From NCBI GenBank assembly GCA_043228905.1, contig JBHGNT010000015.1, positions 14,818,001 to 14,882,000 on the forward strand: a stretch of 64,000 nucleotides of DNA. Direction: 5' to 3'. Made by a program: the position numbers and the translations under genes. The DNA is from Azolla caroliniana (lineage: Eukaryota > Plantae > Polypodiophyta). Below are positions 1 to 12,608 of this stretch, piece by piece. The number at the start of each line of letters is the position of its first letter. The first letter of the stretch is position 1. A model generated the notes under the pieces. It was not told the DNA's origin, made no database searches, and saw nothing but the letters and a program-made list of their open reading frames with translations.

Positions 1-945
1 TTTGAAAGGGAATACATAAAATAATGCACGAAATTCTTGTAAGTGGAAGCACTAGAAAGTTGTCATGACGGTGGCAAGCAATAAGATAAAAGCACATGGC
101 AAAGTTTTCTAGTGGGTTCGGCAATTTGGGTTTCTTTGCCTAATACAGATTTGACCTTAGTTTGAGAAGTTTGAGTATTTACACAGTAGTAATAATCATG
201 GACACAAATTATTGAAGAAAAAAATTTACACCATCGTGAAGAATTAAATGAGTAAGATGATCACAATCTCAAGGAAACATAATAAGTAGATTAAGGTTTA
301 TTATTATTTTACATTAGCAACAATAATATGCAATCTTTTCTCTTTTCCACAAGATCAAAAGTTAATGGTGTTCCTCTTTACACAAACAGAGCAAATGATT
401 GAAGGTTGTTTTGAATCACATCTTCGATAAAAACTAGATTTATACTTGAAGGTAGTGTTGGGCAAACTTTTTGACCCTAATAAGAAATTCCGGATCAGCC
501 ATTTTCCTATTACTATACATGTCATTTGTAACAAGAAGGAATTAATTTTTTTTATCTAACTACTTTGTAAAGTTTCACAATTGAACCATCAATATAGAAA
601 ATTGTAGAACATATACAAATTTCCCATTTCTTATTAACCTAACTAATGATATTGTCTTAAATCTGTCATATGCTAAGATTCCACCAATTAATTATTGTCA
701 AGTCATCTATGGCTCAAATAATATATGTTTGATGAGGTTCATGTCAATAGGATAGATGATGATGAATGTTACGAATTTATGGTTATGGAGGGGTTCATAG
801 ATTCACAACCTTAAAATTGGCCCTAGTCTTGTTGGCCACTAGCACTGATACACATACAAATAGTAAAGTTTTGGCCACATATACAAATACACCTAAATAA
901 ACTCATGAAATATTACACATATAATACAAAACTTATTTACACATT

Positions 946-969
946 CACACACACACACACACACACACA
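946..969. repeat. (CA)12 microsatellite
   Basis: Directly visible dinucleotide run. Confidence 0.9.
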
Positions 970-1304
970 TATATACGTACACATATTTACACTAACCCGC
1001 ATACAATGATACAAATTAGTACCCTTGAAGGCTATCATTCACTTGCAAGCTACATTCTCAAAATGAGGAAACTCTAAGTGATTTAACACATACCAAGTGG
1101 AGTTTTTTTTAAACGTAATTCTTCATCAAGGACACAATCTTCTTTGGTCCAGGTTCCCAGTAGTCGTGTTGTTTTTCACACGCATGCTTGTGAATTTCAT
1201 GTACATCTAACAAACACTCGGGGAGGTAGTACATACATTCCTTGTGTAGCCATCTGACATTGTATACATTTAACAAACACTTGAAGAGGTATTACAAGCA
1301 TCTT

Positions 1305-1585
1305 TGTTACGTGCATGACCATAAATTATCCCATGGTAAGATTATACCGTAGTATTCTATACACGTGGATAAAGTGTGAGGGTTCAACGAGAGTGTAAAG
1401 AAGGAAGGATTACTTTTAATCCTAGGAATTGGGACAACCCATAAGGGCCAAGTGTGAACTTGTTTAGGGGCCTAAGGTGTGGCTATAAATATGAGGGCTA
1501 GCTACCATCATTAGGACATGATTCAACTACGTTGAGACTCTATGCTTGTGGTGATTCAACTCTTGTAGCGAATGCGCCAATACCA
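1305..1585 (+). mobile_element. Partial LTR related to the chromovirus LTR at 51771-52604
   Basis: Starts TGTTAC. Shares ordered blocks ggacaacc, aggggccta, TATAAATATGAGG, ctacc-tcat and aggacat with the reverse complement of 51771-52604. The 3' end is truncated. Confidence 0.55.
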
Positions 1586-2150
1586 GGTACGACTCAGGTT
1601 TTCTCGATCTTCCAAGAATTGCTCGCCATAGAAGAGAACCAATACGGTTGAAAGCTAAAATGCCTTTGAACTGACAATGGGGGAGAGTTTAAGTCTGAAG
1701 AATTCGTCGAATTTTGCCGATAAAGCGACATTCGACGTGAATACACGAAACCTCATAGTTCGGAGTAGAATGGATCTGCTGAGCGGATGAATCAGACAAT
1801 TCAAGAACGAATAGTGTCCATGCTCCAACACTCTAGGTTGTCGGATGGATTCTGGACAGAGGCTCTATTTATGATAGTGCACATAATCATTATGTCACTG
1901 AGTAGGCCTTTAGGACTTCAAATACCTTTGGAATTATGGACGAGCACTAAGTCGAATTACGACAAGCTGCGGATTTTCGGATGTGAAGCATACGTCCTCA
2001 TATCGAAGGACGATTGCCGCAAACTTGAACCGAGGTCCAAGAAATGCATTTTCCTTGGCTATGGACCAAACAAAGAGATCGGATACTGACTTTGGAACCC
2101 TAGAGCACACACAAATCGTTTGAAGTTCGGATGTAGTGTTCAATGGGTCC
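1586..2150 (+). mobile_element. Ty1/copia integrase fragment, same family as 12609-17340
   Basis: Encodes TDNGGEF, AERMNQTIQERIVSML, FWTEA, LRIFGCEAY and KKCIFLGY, with stops. Closely matches about 15285-15830. Confidence 0.9.
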
Positions 2151-3570
2151 ACAGTGACATGAGGATGGGCTAGATCAAGCTACCAAATCGCTCTGATACC
2201 ATATAAAGAATCAAATGTGATTCTATGCAGCAGAATAGTTTAGAGATGTGTGTTGTGTGTGTTTGGAAGAGGAGAGAAGAGAGACGCAAGATAGATAGGA
2301 AAATGAAATACTCAAGAAGATGTACGTATTAGAAATGGAGAATAACTACAACAATATGAATATTACAAAGGAGGTTAACCAACACATTACAAATTAGGAG
2401 GGTGCTTTATATAAGGTCAACCTCTTTCTACATTATCTCACTAAAATATACACTCTCTCTCTAAATCCTTGGGGAATGTGGACACTCATTAGTCATGGGG
2501 AATATGAAACTCATTAGTTATGTGTCATACATAGAACATGATTCTTTGACACATAGTTAATGTGTAGAAGGTAGTGGTGACCTTTGACCTTTGAGTGCTC
2601 ATAGATTCTCAAAAGATGTGTTCACACACTAGACTAGGTTGAGCTTGATTCTCAACACGCACCCTCAAACTCAACTTTGGTTGGCTTTCGACTTTCGGCC
2701 TTCCTATAGTGTCCATCTCAACTAATGTCCGCTTTGGCTGGTATCTGGTTCTCTCTTGTACTCCCCATCAAGCTTGGCAAGTCATGGATCGTCAATCCAA
2801 GGTCTGACATGAATTGCTGAGGCTTGTCAACTCCTATGACTTTGGTGAAGATGTCGACTGTCTGAAGATTCGTGTTGATGTGTTGAAGGTCGACATCTCC
2901 AACTTGAATGCACTCTCAGATGAAGTGATAGTGCACTTCTATATGCTTCGTGCTCACATTGAACACCGGGTTTTGAGCCAGTTACTTGATGGAAATGCCT
3001 AGATCCCTCAATATTCTCTTCAACCAAACAACGTCACATGCAACCATAACAGTGCCCCTGTATTCGGCCTTTGGCTCGAAAGTGCGATGGTCGGTTGCTT
3101 CTTGCTATTCCAGGAGATGGCTCCACTTCCTAGAGAGAAGAAGAACCCTGAGGTCAACCATTGGTCAGCTCTGTAGCCTACCCGATTGACATCTATATAT
3201 CCTTTGAGTCGAATTGATGTGGCCGATTTGTAGAGAATTCCGTAGTCCATTGTTCCACTCACGTATCATAATATACTCACTTAGCACAATCTAAATGAAT
3301 ATTGCGTGGAGTTTGCATGAATTGGCTAAGGAGGCCGACCGGATAGTTGAGGCTGGGTCGAGTGATCGTGAGATAGATGCGGCTTCCAATTAGTTGTCGA
3401 TACTGAGTCGGTTCACACTCTTCTATGCCAGAGTCGCAATTAGCTTTAGGTTTCAATCAAGTGGGGTTGCCATAGACTTATACTCAGTCATCTCGAGCTT
3501 ATATAATAAGTTGAGGATGTAATGTTGTTGGGAGATCATAATGCCGGTTGGAGTCCGAATTACTTTATTG
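2151..3570 (-). mobile_element. Decayed copia: RT/RNase H, then PPT, LTR (2202-2657) and PBS (2190-2201)
   Basis: Minus-strand RNase H motifs (SLGSGAISWNSKKQPTIALSS; HIEVHYHFI). PPT-like AGTTTGAGGGTGCG precedes TGTTGAG at 2657. TGGTATCAGAGC (tRNA-iMet PBS) follows the LTR. Confidence 0.8.
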
Positions 3571-4305
3571 AGCGAGCAGGGTCAACTTGGGACAGGTCGG
3601 TTGTAGAAGCCAAGAACTAGATCTGATGGAAACCGATTGCTTAGGTCTGGATTGGCTGAAGAAGCCGAGAGCTAGATCGGCAGGCCGTTTGGACCGATAT
3701 TCCACGAAGGAATAACTTGGGAGTTAGTGTTAGACGGTCATTTAATGAGCACTCAAGTACTTGTCAGTACTTGTCAACCCATTGTCAGGGCTTGTATTTA
3801 AATTGCTCTTTGAGCACATTTCTATGTACAGAGTATATTCATTTTGAATCTAAGTTTGTTGTATGTTCACTATGTCTCTCTCTCATACTGTGTATTTTCC
3901 ATTCTTTGTGGTTACCTAACTATTGTTATTGTTTGGTTCAACTGACTGTATTTGTGTACAAGTTTCTGCGTACATAATTCTTTACATGATATCAGAGTGC
4001 GAGGGCCAGAAGAATCCTCTGTTGCCATCAAAGCAAATTAACATAGATTTGAAGAATTTTCTTCCTCAAACAACAAGAACATGGATAGAGGTATGGGTGG
4101 CTCACTTACAACGGAGAAACAACTACGCATCTTGGTCATACAAGATGCACCAGTACCTGCTCAAAAATGGGTACTGGAGCTACGTCGAAGGAGCCAACGA
4201 TGCAACATTGGATTTGACACACAAAGAGGTCCCATCTTGGGAGCCAGCAACAAGCTGAGTCTTGTATTGCCATGCCTCGTGTGTCCACAACTAGATGCTT
4301 GGGTA
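3571..4305 (+). mobile_element. Copia 5' remnant (LTR, degenerate PBS, gag start), relative of 27219-31421
   Basis: LTR resembles the reverse complement of 31028-31421 and ends TTTACA at 3986. TGATATCAGAG follows at 3987. Frameshifted gag reads MDRGMG...NYASWSYKMHQYLL. Confidence 0.8.
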
Positions 4306-4395
4306 TATGTGTGTGAGTGTGGAGATCTCAAAGCTCTGTTACTAGCCGAGTCCGATTGTATTTCTCTTATTACAAGTTAATTGATTGTCTCGTTG

Positions 4396-7300
4396 TGTTG
4401 GGAAATAGGTCCCTCCAGATGGGAAGAGAAGAAACAAGTTGGCCGAGAACCAAATTGGTGAGAAGAAATTGAAATTGAAATCGTTTCGGAAGACTATAAT
4501 TGTAAATAGTCTAAAATGCCTCTTGGGGGCTATACTTGTAAATAGCTAGAAAGTTTCTTTCGTTTATAAGCAACTAGGGAAAACTTTATGAAGAGAGTTG
4601 ATCATTATTGTAAAGTTAGAACCAAGTAGTTGCCTCTGTAACTGTGAGTGAGAGAGTGAGAGTGTAACTTTGTAGCCGTCTGTCAGACGAAGGAGAACTC
4701 GAGGTCGTTGCCTCTAAGTTTCGTATTTGTACTTCCTCTCTACTATAGTGATCTGTTTTCTCGGGGTTTGTGGACCCCCGTGTTCTTTTCCCATTTCAGG
4801 TTTTCCACGTAAAATATCGGTGTCTCCGTGTCTTCACGTTTTTCTGTCTGTGTACTAATTCTTGGTTTCTACACATGAATACGAACTGTAACCAGTTGTG
4901 GCCGGTCGATTCCTAACAAAGTGGTATCAGAGCGATGGAAGACTCATTCGGCGGCATGTTTAAGCTAACCGGATCCAAGTACTTAATGTGGAAGTCGAAG
5001 ATGAGAGACATGCTCGTGTGCAAAGACCTTTGGCTGTCGGTGCAGTTTGGAGATAAAAGACCAGAGAAGATCAATGCAACGACTTGGGAAGTGTTGCATC
5101 TAAAGGCGGCCGCATATATAAGGTGTTTTATAGGCATGAGTCTATACAACAACTTCGGTGAAGAAACAGAAGCATACGTCCTATGGAAGAAGATTAGTGT
5201 CATGTTCGAAAACAAGAACATCGTGAATAGAGTCTCAGTATTTCGAAAAATCGTGAGGCTTCGGTATTAGGATGGCTCCAGTATGGCGGAGCACATCAAT
5301 GCCTTCCAAGGATTGATGAACCAAACCAACTCTCTAGAAGTACCTCTAGCTGATGAGGTATTAGCATTGTTGTTGCTGGGATCTCTTCCAGACAGTTGGG
5401 AAACGTTGGTTGTCATGTTGGGTAACGCGGGACCGGAAGGGAAACACCTATCCATAGAGCAAGTGAAGTCGAGCTTGCTGAATGAAGAAGCTCATCGGAA
5501 GGACCGAGAGTCAAGCACCGACCAGAAGGCCTTAGTCCCGGAAGGTGACACGATTCGGGGAAGAAGCCGAAATCAAAGTCCCTAGAATCGAGATAAGTCA
5601 AAGACCAGGACAAAGTCAACGGGGAGACCCATGTGCTTCTACTATGGGAAGCTGGGGCACATACAGAAAAACTGCCAACACTTTCGAAAGGAGAAAGGGG
5701 GAGTTGATGGTGTAGAGTCAAAGAAAATCCCGAACAGGAAGAACACCTCAGCAATCGCCGCGAGTGAGGAGGAGTTGTTGCTCATTAGTGAGCAAAACGA
5801 AGTGAATCTCGCAGGTGAAGAATCGACATAGGTGGTCAAGTGCGTCATTTCACCTAACCCTTGATCAAATGTGCTTCTCATCCTACAGAGCTGGAGATGT
5901 GGGATCTGTAAAGATGGGAAATGAAGGAGCATGTTGAATTGTCGGCATTGGAGATGTGTGTTTGGAAACCTCAACCGGGTGCAGAGTCGTGTTGAGAGAT
6001 GTACGACACGTTCCAAAGGTTTGATTGAACCTAATATTAGCCGGTTGGCTAGATGATGAAGGCTACACGGGTAGCATCTAGAACGGGGTCAGGAAGTTCT
6101 GCAAGGGAAGTCTGATCATGGCTCGAGCCCGGAAAACCAACACACTGTACATAATGAATGCTTGAATATGCTGAGGGGAAGCAAACGTGGCAGCCGACAC
6201 TGTCGGTGAACTGTGGCATATGAGGTTGTGCCATATGAGCCAGAAGGGGATGCGAAAGCTTGCCGAGGACAACCTCATTCCGGAAGTAAAGAACGTGCAA
6301 CTTGAGAAGTGCACTGATTGCTTGGCCGGTAAATAGAATCGAACATCCTTCCAAATGAGGCCCCTGATGAGGAAGAAAATGTCATTGGAACTCGTGCATA
6401 CGGACATATGCTATGTGGACACGAAGTCGCATGGTGGTTCACAATATTTTGTGACCTTCATTGATGACTGTAGCCGGAAGTTATGGGCTTCCGTGCTGAA
6501 GACGAAGGATCAAGTGTTATCTGTCTTCAAAGAGTTCCAAGTGAGGGCCAAGAGAGAAACCGGCCAAAAACTGAAGGCAGTCCGAGCGGACAATGGCAGA
6601 GAGTACTGTGGATTGTTCGAGGAATATTGCCGAAATCAAGGAATTTGGCTTGAGTATACCGTGCCGAAGGTACTAGAGCTTAATGGGCTGGCCGAGAGAA
6701 TGAACCAGACTGTAATGGAAAGGGTCTGAAGTATGCTTGCACATGCTAAGTTACCAAAGACGTTTTGGGTTGAGGCTCTGATGACGGCAGTGTACGTGAT
6801 AAACCGATCACCCTCAGTAGCCCTGGAAGGTGATATCCCACAAAGGGTGTGGAGCGGCAACGATGGTTCGTACCGACATCTGAGGGTGTTCGGCTATCTT
6901 GCCAATGTGCATGTGGCAAAAGACCAAAGGGGAAAACTAGACCCGAAATCTCGGCCAAGTATATTTCTCAGCTACGACAATGATGAATTTGGCTATCGGC
7001 TATCGGACTTAGTTGAGAAGAAAGTCATTAGGAGCCGTGACATTGTCTTCATGGAGGAAAAGTCAATAGTCGACTAGGAGATTGCGAATAAGTCTCCAAC
7101 TACCGAATCGAACCGAGTCGACACTCGGCCGAATCGAGTAGAAGCCGATTTGATCAAAATCAAATCCAAGCCAATCGGTCGATTTAATACTCGGCAAAAT
7201 CGAGAACTGCCTAAAGAACAAGGGGAAACGACCGAACAAGGAACTAAATTTGAATCGGCCGAAGAAGTCGAAGAAGAACCGATCGTGCCGAATGGAGGTT

Positions 7301-9437
7301 GAAGATACCCCCTAAGAGAAAGGAGGGCCCCCGAAGATTTCCTGATGAAGAGCATGTACTGCTAACCGATGAGGGGGAGCCAAAAAGTTTTGAAGAAGCT
7401 AAGGAAGATACCCACAACCGAAAGTGGTTGAGTGCCATGCAAGAGGCGATGGATTCCTTGCATGAGAACCACATATATGAACTGACCGAACTACCAAGAG
7501 GAAAGAAGGCACTTCGGAATAAATGGGTATACAAGTTGAAATCGGGAGATGGGGGGAATCAACCCAAGTACAAAGTACGAATTATCGTGAAAGGTTTTCA
7601 ACAGAAGAAGGGTGTCGATTTCGACGAAATATTTGCCCCAATCGTAAAGTTGACATCTATCCGAACCGTGCTGAGCATTGCAGCCAACATGAATCTCAAA
7701 GTCGAACAACTGGACGTCAAGAGTGCCTTCCTCCATGGAGATTTGGAGGAAGAGATATACATGCACTAGCCAAAAGGATTTGTGGAAAAAGGTAAAGAAA
7801 ATCTCGTATGCCGATTAAGGAAGAGCTTGTACGGGTTGAAGCAAGCTCCTCGGCAATGGTACAGAAAATTCGAATCCTTCATGATCGACATCGGGTACCA
7901 CAAAACGCAAGCCAATCACTGTGTATTTGTGAAGAAGTTTGACAGAGGAGATTTCCTCATCCTCCTGTTGTATGTGGACGACATGTTGATTGTTAGATGG
8001 GACTATACGAAGATCCGACTGTTGAAGAACGCCTTGAGCAGATCGTTCTCGATGAAGGATATGGGTCCAGCAAAGCAAATCTTGGGGATGCACATTGTTC
8101 GGGATTGAACAAAGAAATTGTTGTGGCTATCACAAGAAAAATATGTGACAAAGGTGCTCCAGAGATTCGGCATGGAAAATGTGAAACCGGTCGACTCGAC
8201 ACTGCCGATGAGCTGCAAACTAAGCAAAAAACAATGTCCGAAATCGAAAATCGAGAAGGCCGAGATGTCAAAAGTTCCTTATGCCTCGGCAGTTGGAAGC
8301 CTAATGTACGCGATGATATGTACCAACCCAGACATAGGATACGCAGTCGGCGTGGTTAGCTGATCTATGAGCAACCCCGGAAGAGAACATTGGGTTGCCG
8401 GGAAGTGGATACTTCGGTACCTAAAAGGCACCTCGAACGTGTGTCTTTGTTTCGGTTCAGGTACTGACTCAGACATGTCGGCTGATATGGATACCAACTG
8501 ATCCACGTCCAAGTACATAATAACTTATGCAGGGGGAGCTGTTTCGTGGCAGTCGAGGTTGCAGAAGGCCGTGGCGCTGTCGACCACGGAAGCCGAATAT
8601 ATGACCGTAGTGGAAGCTGGCAAGGAAATCATATGGATGAAGGAGTTTATTAGTGAGTTGGGAATTCGGCAGGAGGAATTCCAACTCCATTGTGATAACC
8701 AGAGTGTCATTCACCTTGCGAAAAATGCCGCCTACCACTCCAGGACCAAACACATACAGAGAAGATATCATTGGCTCCGAGAGTGAGTAGAAGAAAAGGA
8801 GTTTGCTCTAGTGAAGATCCACACAGCCGAAAATGGATCGGATATGCTGGCGATGGTGCTGTCAGCCGAAAAGCTAAACGCGTGCCGACAGAGAGTCAGT
8901 TTGGTGAAGTACCCCATGCCGGAGTGAAGGGGGAGTTTGTTGGGAAACAAGTCCCTCCGGATGGGAACAGAAGAACCAAGTTGGTGAGTAACTCGGCCGA
9001 GATCGAGATCAAAATCAAAATCAAAATCAAAATCGTTTTGGAAGACTATAATTGTAAATAGTCTAAAATGCCTCTTGGGGGGCTATACTTGTAAATAGCT
9101 AGAAAGTTGCTTTTGTTTATAAGCAACTAGGGCAAACTTTATGAAGAGAGTTGATCATTACTGTAAAGTTAGAACCAGGTAGTTGCCTCTATAACGTGAG
9201 TGAGAGTGTAACTCTATAGCCATCTGTTAGACGAAGGAGAACTTGAGGTCGTTGCCTCCGAGTTCTGTATTTGTGCTTCCTCTCTACTATAGTGATCCAT
9301 TTTCTCGGGGTTTGTGAACCCCTATGTTTTTTTCCCATTTCAGGTTTTCCACGTAAAATATCGGGGTCTCTATGTCTTCACGTTGTTTTGTCTGTGTACT
9401 AGTTCTTGGTTTTTGCACACGTGTACAAACGTGTAAC
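4396..9437 (+). mobile_element. Near full-length degenerate Ty1/copia (Tnt1/Tork-like)
   Basis: 5' LTR 4396-4918 (TGTTG...TAACA), PBS TGGTATCAGAGC at 4922-4933, ATG at 4935. Order is gag, protease, integrase (LVHTD, RADNGREY), RT (LLYVDDML), RNase H (LHCDNQS). PPT then 3' LTR from 8938, which lacks its last ~25 bp. Many stops and frameshifts. Confidence 0.95.
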
Positions 9438-12400
9438 GGCAAAGACATCCGGAAACCGATCCAAATATTCACTACATCTCTCTGTCATCTTCTCTTATCG
9501 GCTCCTTCGTTTGAGACCTCGGTGGTCTTGCCCCATTTCGACACATACCCGTGGAATTCTGCGACATCTTTGCTGAACCCGACTTGAAAGGGGCGGCAAA
9601 GGAGTTAAAGATGAGGGGAAGCGAGCTTGCGGAGGCAATGGCGGTGGCTGTTGACCATTTAGTGAATGGTCGAGAGGGCGTGAGTGGCTTCGACAAGGCC
9701 ATAGAGATGATAGTCGGTAACAATCGGCAACAGTTCGGTTTGAACCGAACCGAACTGCGAAACCGCGGTTTAACGGCTTAATGGTTTCAACGGTTCGGTT
9801 TCATCAGTCAAAAACCGTGGTTTAAATGGTTTAACGGTTTTTAATTTTTAATTTTTTTTTAATTTTTTTAAAAAAATTTAAAAAATTTGAAAAAAATTCT
9901 AAAAAATCTAAAAATTGTTTTTAAACAATCTTTTCATTTTTACTCTTATTCTCACATTTTAGGAACATCTTAAAAATTTTAAAAATTCTAAATAATGAAA
10001 TATTATAAATTTAAAAAATAAAATAAAATAAATTTGACCTATGTTGAAAACCGAAACCGAACCACGAAACCGCAGTTTTTACGGTTTTACGGTTTGAAAA
10101 ATGTTTAACGGTTCGTTTTAAAGGTTTCACGGTTTGGTTTGGACCCTCTCAAATCGAACCGAACCGTTTCCGATTGTTAATAGTCGACACAATGGGCTGA
10201 TTCAATGGTAAAGATGTCTCGACCTATTTGGACGCCTATAAGGCCAAAATGCTGATGCGGGACATCCCAGAGGATGAACGTCTGTCCGGATTTCCGCGAG
10301 TCGTCACACCAAGCATCCACGTGGAGGTGCTTGAGATTCAGGCCCACTACCAAAATTGGTTGGAGCTCGAGGAGTGACTCCTCCAGAGGTACGACATCGA
10401 GGACTCACTCCGGTTTTCGAAGAGGGAGCTGATGGAGTGGGTCGAGCTCCCTAGTAAAGGATGGAACACTTTGGTGCTTCTCCAGGAATTCGAGAAGCGA
10501 TTTGCACGGTTGTCGGCGCTAGACCGGACACTGCTCAACACGAGAAAGATCCTCTTTTTCATCAAGTCAGTCGATCCACTCGATAGGGAGAAGATTAGTC
10601 TCTTATTGCCTCACGACTGATTGGGTTTTGGTCAAAAGAGTCTGTAGCCGTTTCGACAAACGACGTGAATTGAACAACGCGAGCACGTCGTCGGCCGACC
10701 CGACTGCCGGAAGGACAACCGGGGAGGTACCGATTCAGTCGGGTGAGACGAGTCAAAGGTTCGAGTCGGGCCTAACGCAGACAAATGTGGTTGACGGCTC
10801 ATCCAGGGCGTAACTTTGGAAGAGTTGACGAAGATGGTATGTGATCTGCAGATCGCATAGGCTGGAAGACATGGCGGGGGTCAATCATGTGACCGGCGCA
10901 TGCCGAATGACCTCAAATGTATGTGGTGCGACGGGGTCGGCCATATCCGGAGGGACTGCGCTGACTTTGCCGTCGTGCTTAAGAACAACATGTTGTACCT
11001 TTGGAATAGTCGGGTACATGCAAGCGAGACATGTAGGCCCCTGGAAATAAACACCGACCGAGGCGGGATGAAAATGTTGATGGAGGAAGCTGCGGTGCAA
11101 CATGCGGAGACCGCCCACTACTCGGTGTCAGAGGGGAGAACGCCAAGATGGGGAAGGACGCTAGATTCTGGCCGGTTGTGTTGGAAGGGTTATCCGGAAA
11201 GAAATTGGTCAAGGAGGAAGCATATCGCGTGGAGAAGCGGATCTGAGAAGTCACCGGTGGGGCAATCCTATAGAAGAAAGCATTGGCTTTGTGGAGGCCA
11301 CTTGCCAGAACTACGAGGTTCTGGTGGAAGACAAACGGGTCGGAAAGGCCGGAGGGGCCGAACCTTGGAACCAGTACGAGACCCTGAAGGGACTGAGGAA
11401 GGAGGATGTCGGTTCGGCTGGTCAACAAGAGAAGGAAAGCGGGAAGTTTCTGAGCTTCCTACTGAGCTCCGAATTCGAAAAGACGACAAACCTACGAAAG
11501 GTCTTAGAGGAGCGGATCCTCGATAGCCGGGTGGAACTCACGTTGCGAGAAGAGTTGGGGATAGCGAAGAAAGAGTTTCATGACAATATCATTGGCCTAG
11601 TGAGGAGGAAGTAGTTGTTGATAGAGCCAGAAGGGGGAAAATTAGTCGAGGTGAGGACGACGTTGATCGACAAAGTGGCAGTAGAAGACGAATATGCCAA
11701 CAACCACTACATGAAGCCACACTGGGCAAGAGCGATGACCGAGACACCGGTTCGGATCGGCAACGTCAAGGAGCTAGTGGTAGCGTTGATCAACCATGGA
11801 TCATAAATCAACCTCATGTCGATGGACTTCTATAAGAAGGGTAAGTGACCGATTAACACAAAACATGGCTGGAAGATATGCAAGGCGACCCACATTATGG
11901 AGGAGCTTCACGGGGCATGCTCGAATGTGAGGGTGAAGGTTGGAGACATGGAAATAAATCATCACTTCTTCGTTCGTCCTCTCACCTTGTCATACTCAGC
12001 GAACCATACATCACGATGGATGTTATGGAGACAAAGGTGATGGACAACGGTTCAGCCTATGCGTGAATGAAGAGCCAGGATGGTCGCCACTCCGTCCAAT
12101 TCCTAATGGTTCAGCCGAACCATGAGAAGTATCGAGACTCCCTCGTCACCAAGTGCCGAGAGGATTTTTAGAGAGGGCTATCGGGGCATGGGGCTGCGAT
12201 AGTCCGGACAACCGGAACAATCCCCACACTTGTACACTAAGTAGGAAGTTTTGGGTCTCTAGAAACGAAGGTTGTACAATAATCGACGTTGTCGGCCAAG
12301 AAAAACAACAAGTCAAAAGGCATTGGAAATCATGTGGAGCCTTGGACCCCGACGACTCGATCAATGTTGCCATGGAGGCAATCTCGTTCGACGACACTCT

Positions 12401-12566
12401 TGGGGAGATCAAGAAGGTGGTTGAGGAAAGCTTGAGCGAAGACAGGATGATACCGGTCAATTCAATCAAAATGTACGAGGAAATAGAGAAGTTCAGACGG
12501 ATGGTCGGGTCGGGTCGGACTGCCCGAATCAACACGGAATACAAGACTGTGGACCGGAAAGTGGAC
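9438..12566 (+). mobile_element. Decayed Ty3/gypsy of the 57818-64000 lineage (LTR end, Trp-PBS, gag-protease, start of pol)
   Basis: LTR remnant ends CGACA at 9566. Degenerate PBS TGCTGAACCCGACTTGAA at 9571-9588. Peptides FNGKDVS, CMWCDGVGHIRRDC, EERILDSRV and KPHWARA match 58619-60658. GGATTTTTAG at 12162-12171. Ends at a poly-G tract. Confidence 0.9.
9718..10179. mobile_element. Non-autonomous hAT-type MITE (462 bp)
   Basis: Terminal inverted repeats TAACAATCGG...CCGATTGTTA. 8-bp TSD ATAGTCGG (9710-9717) / ATAGTCGA (10180-10187). Many subterminal AACCG/CGGTT motifs and an AT-rich core. Interrupts the gypsy gag. Confidence 0.85.
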
Positions 12567-12592
12567 GGGGGGGGGGGGGGGGGGGGGGGGGG
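12567..12592 (+). repeat. G26 homopolymer
   Basis: Directly visible; lies at the junction between two elements. Confidence 0.85.
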
Positions 12593-12608
12593 CAATTTAT
12601 TCCATCAG

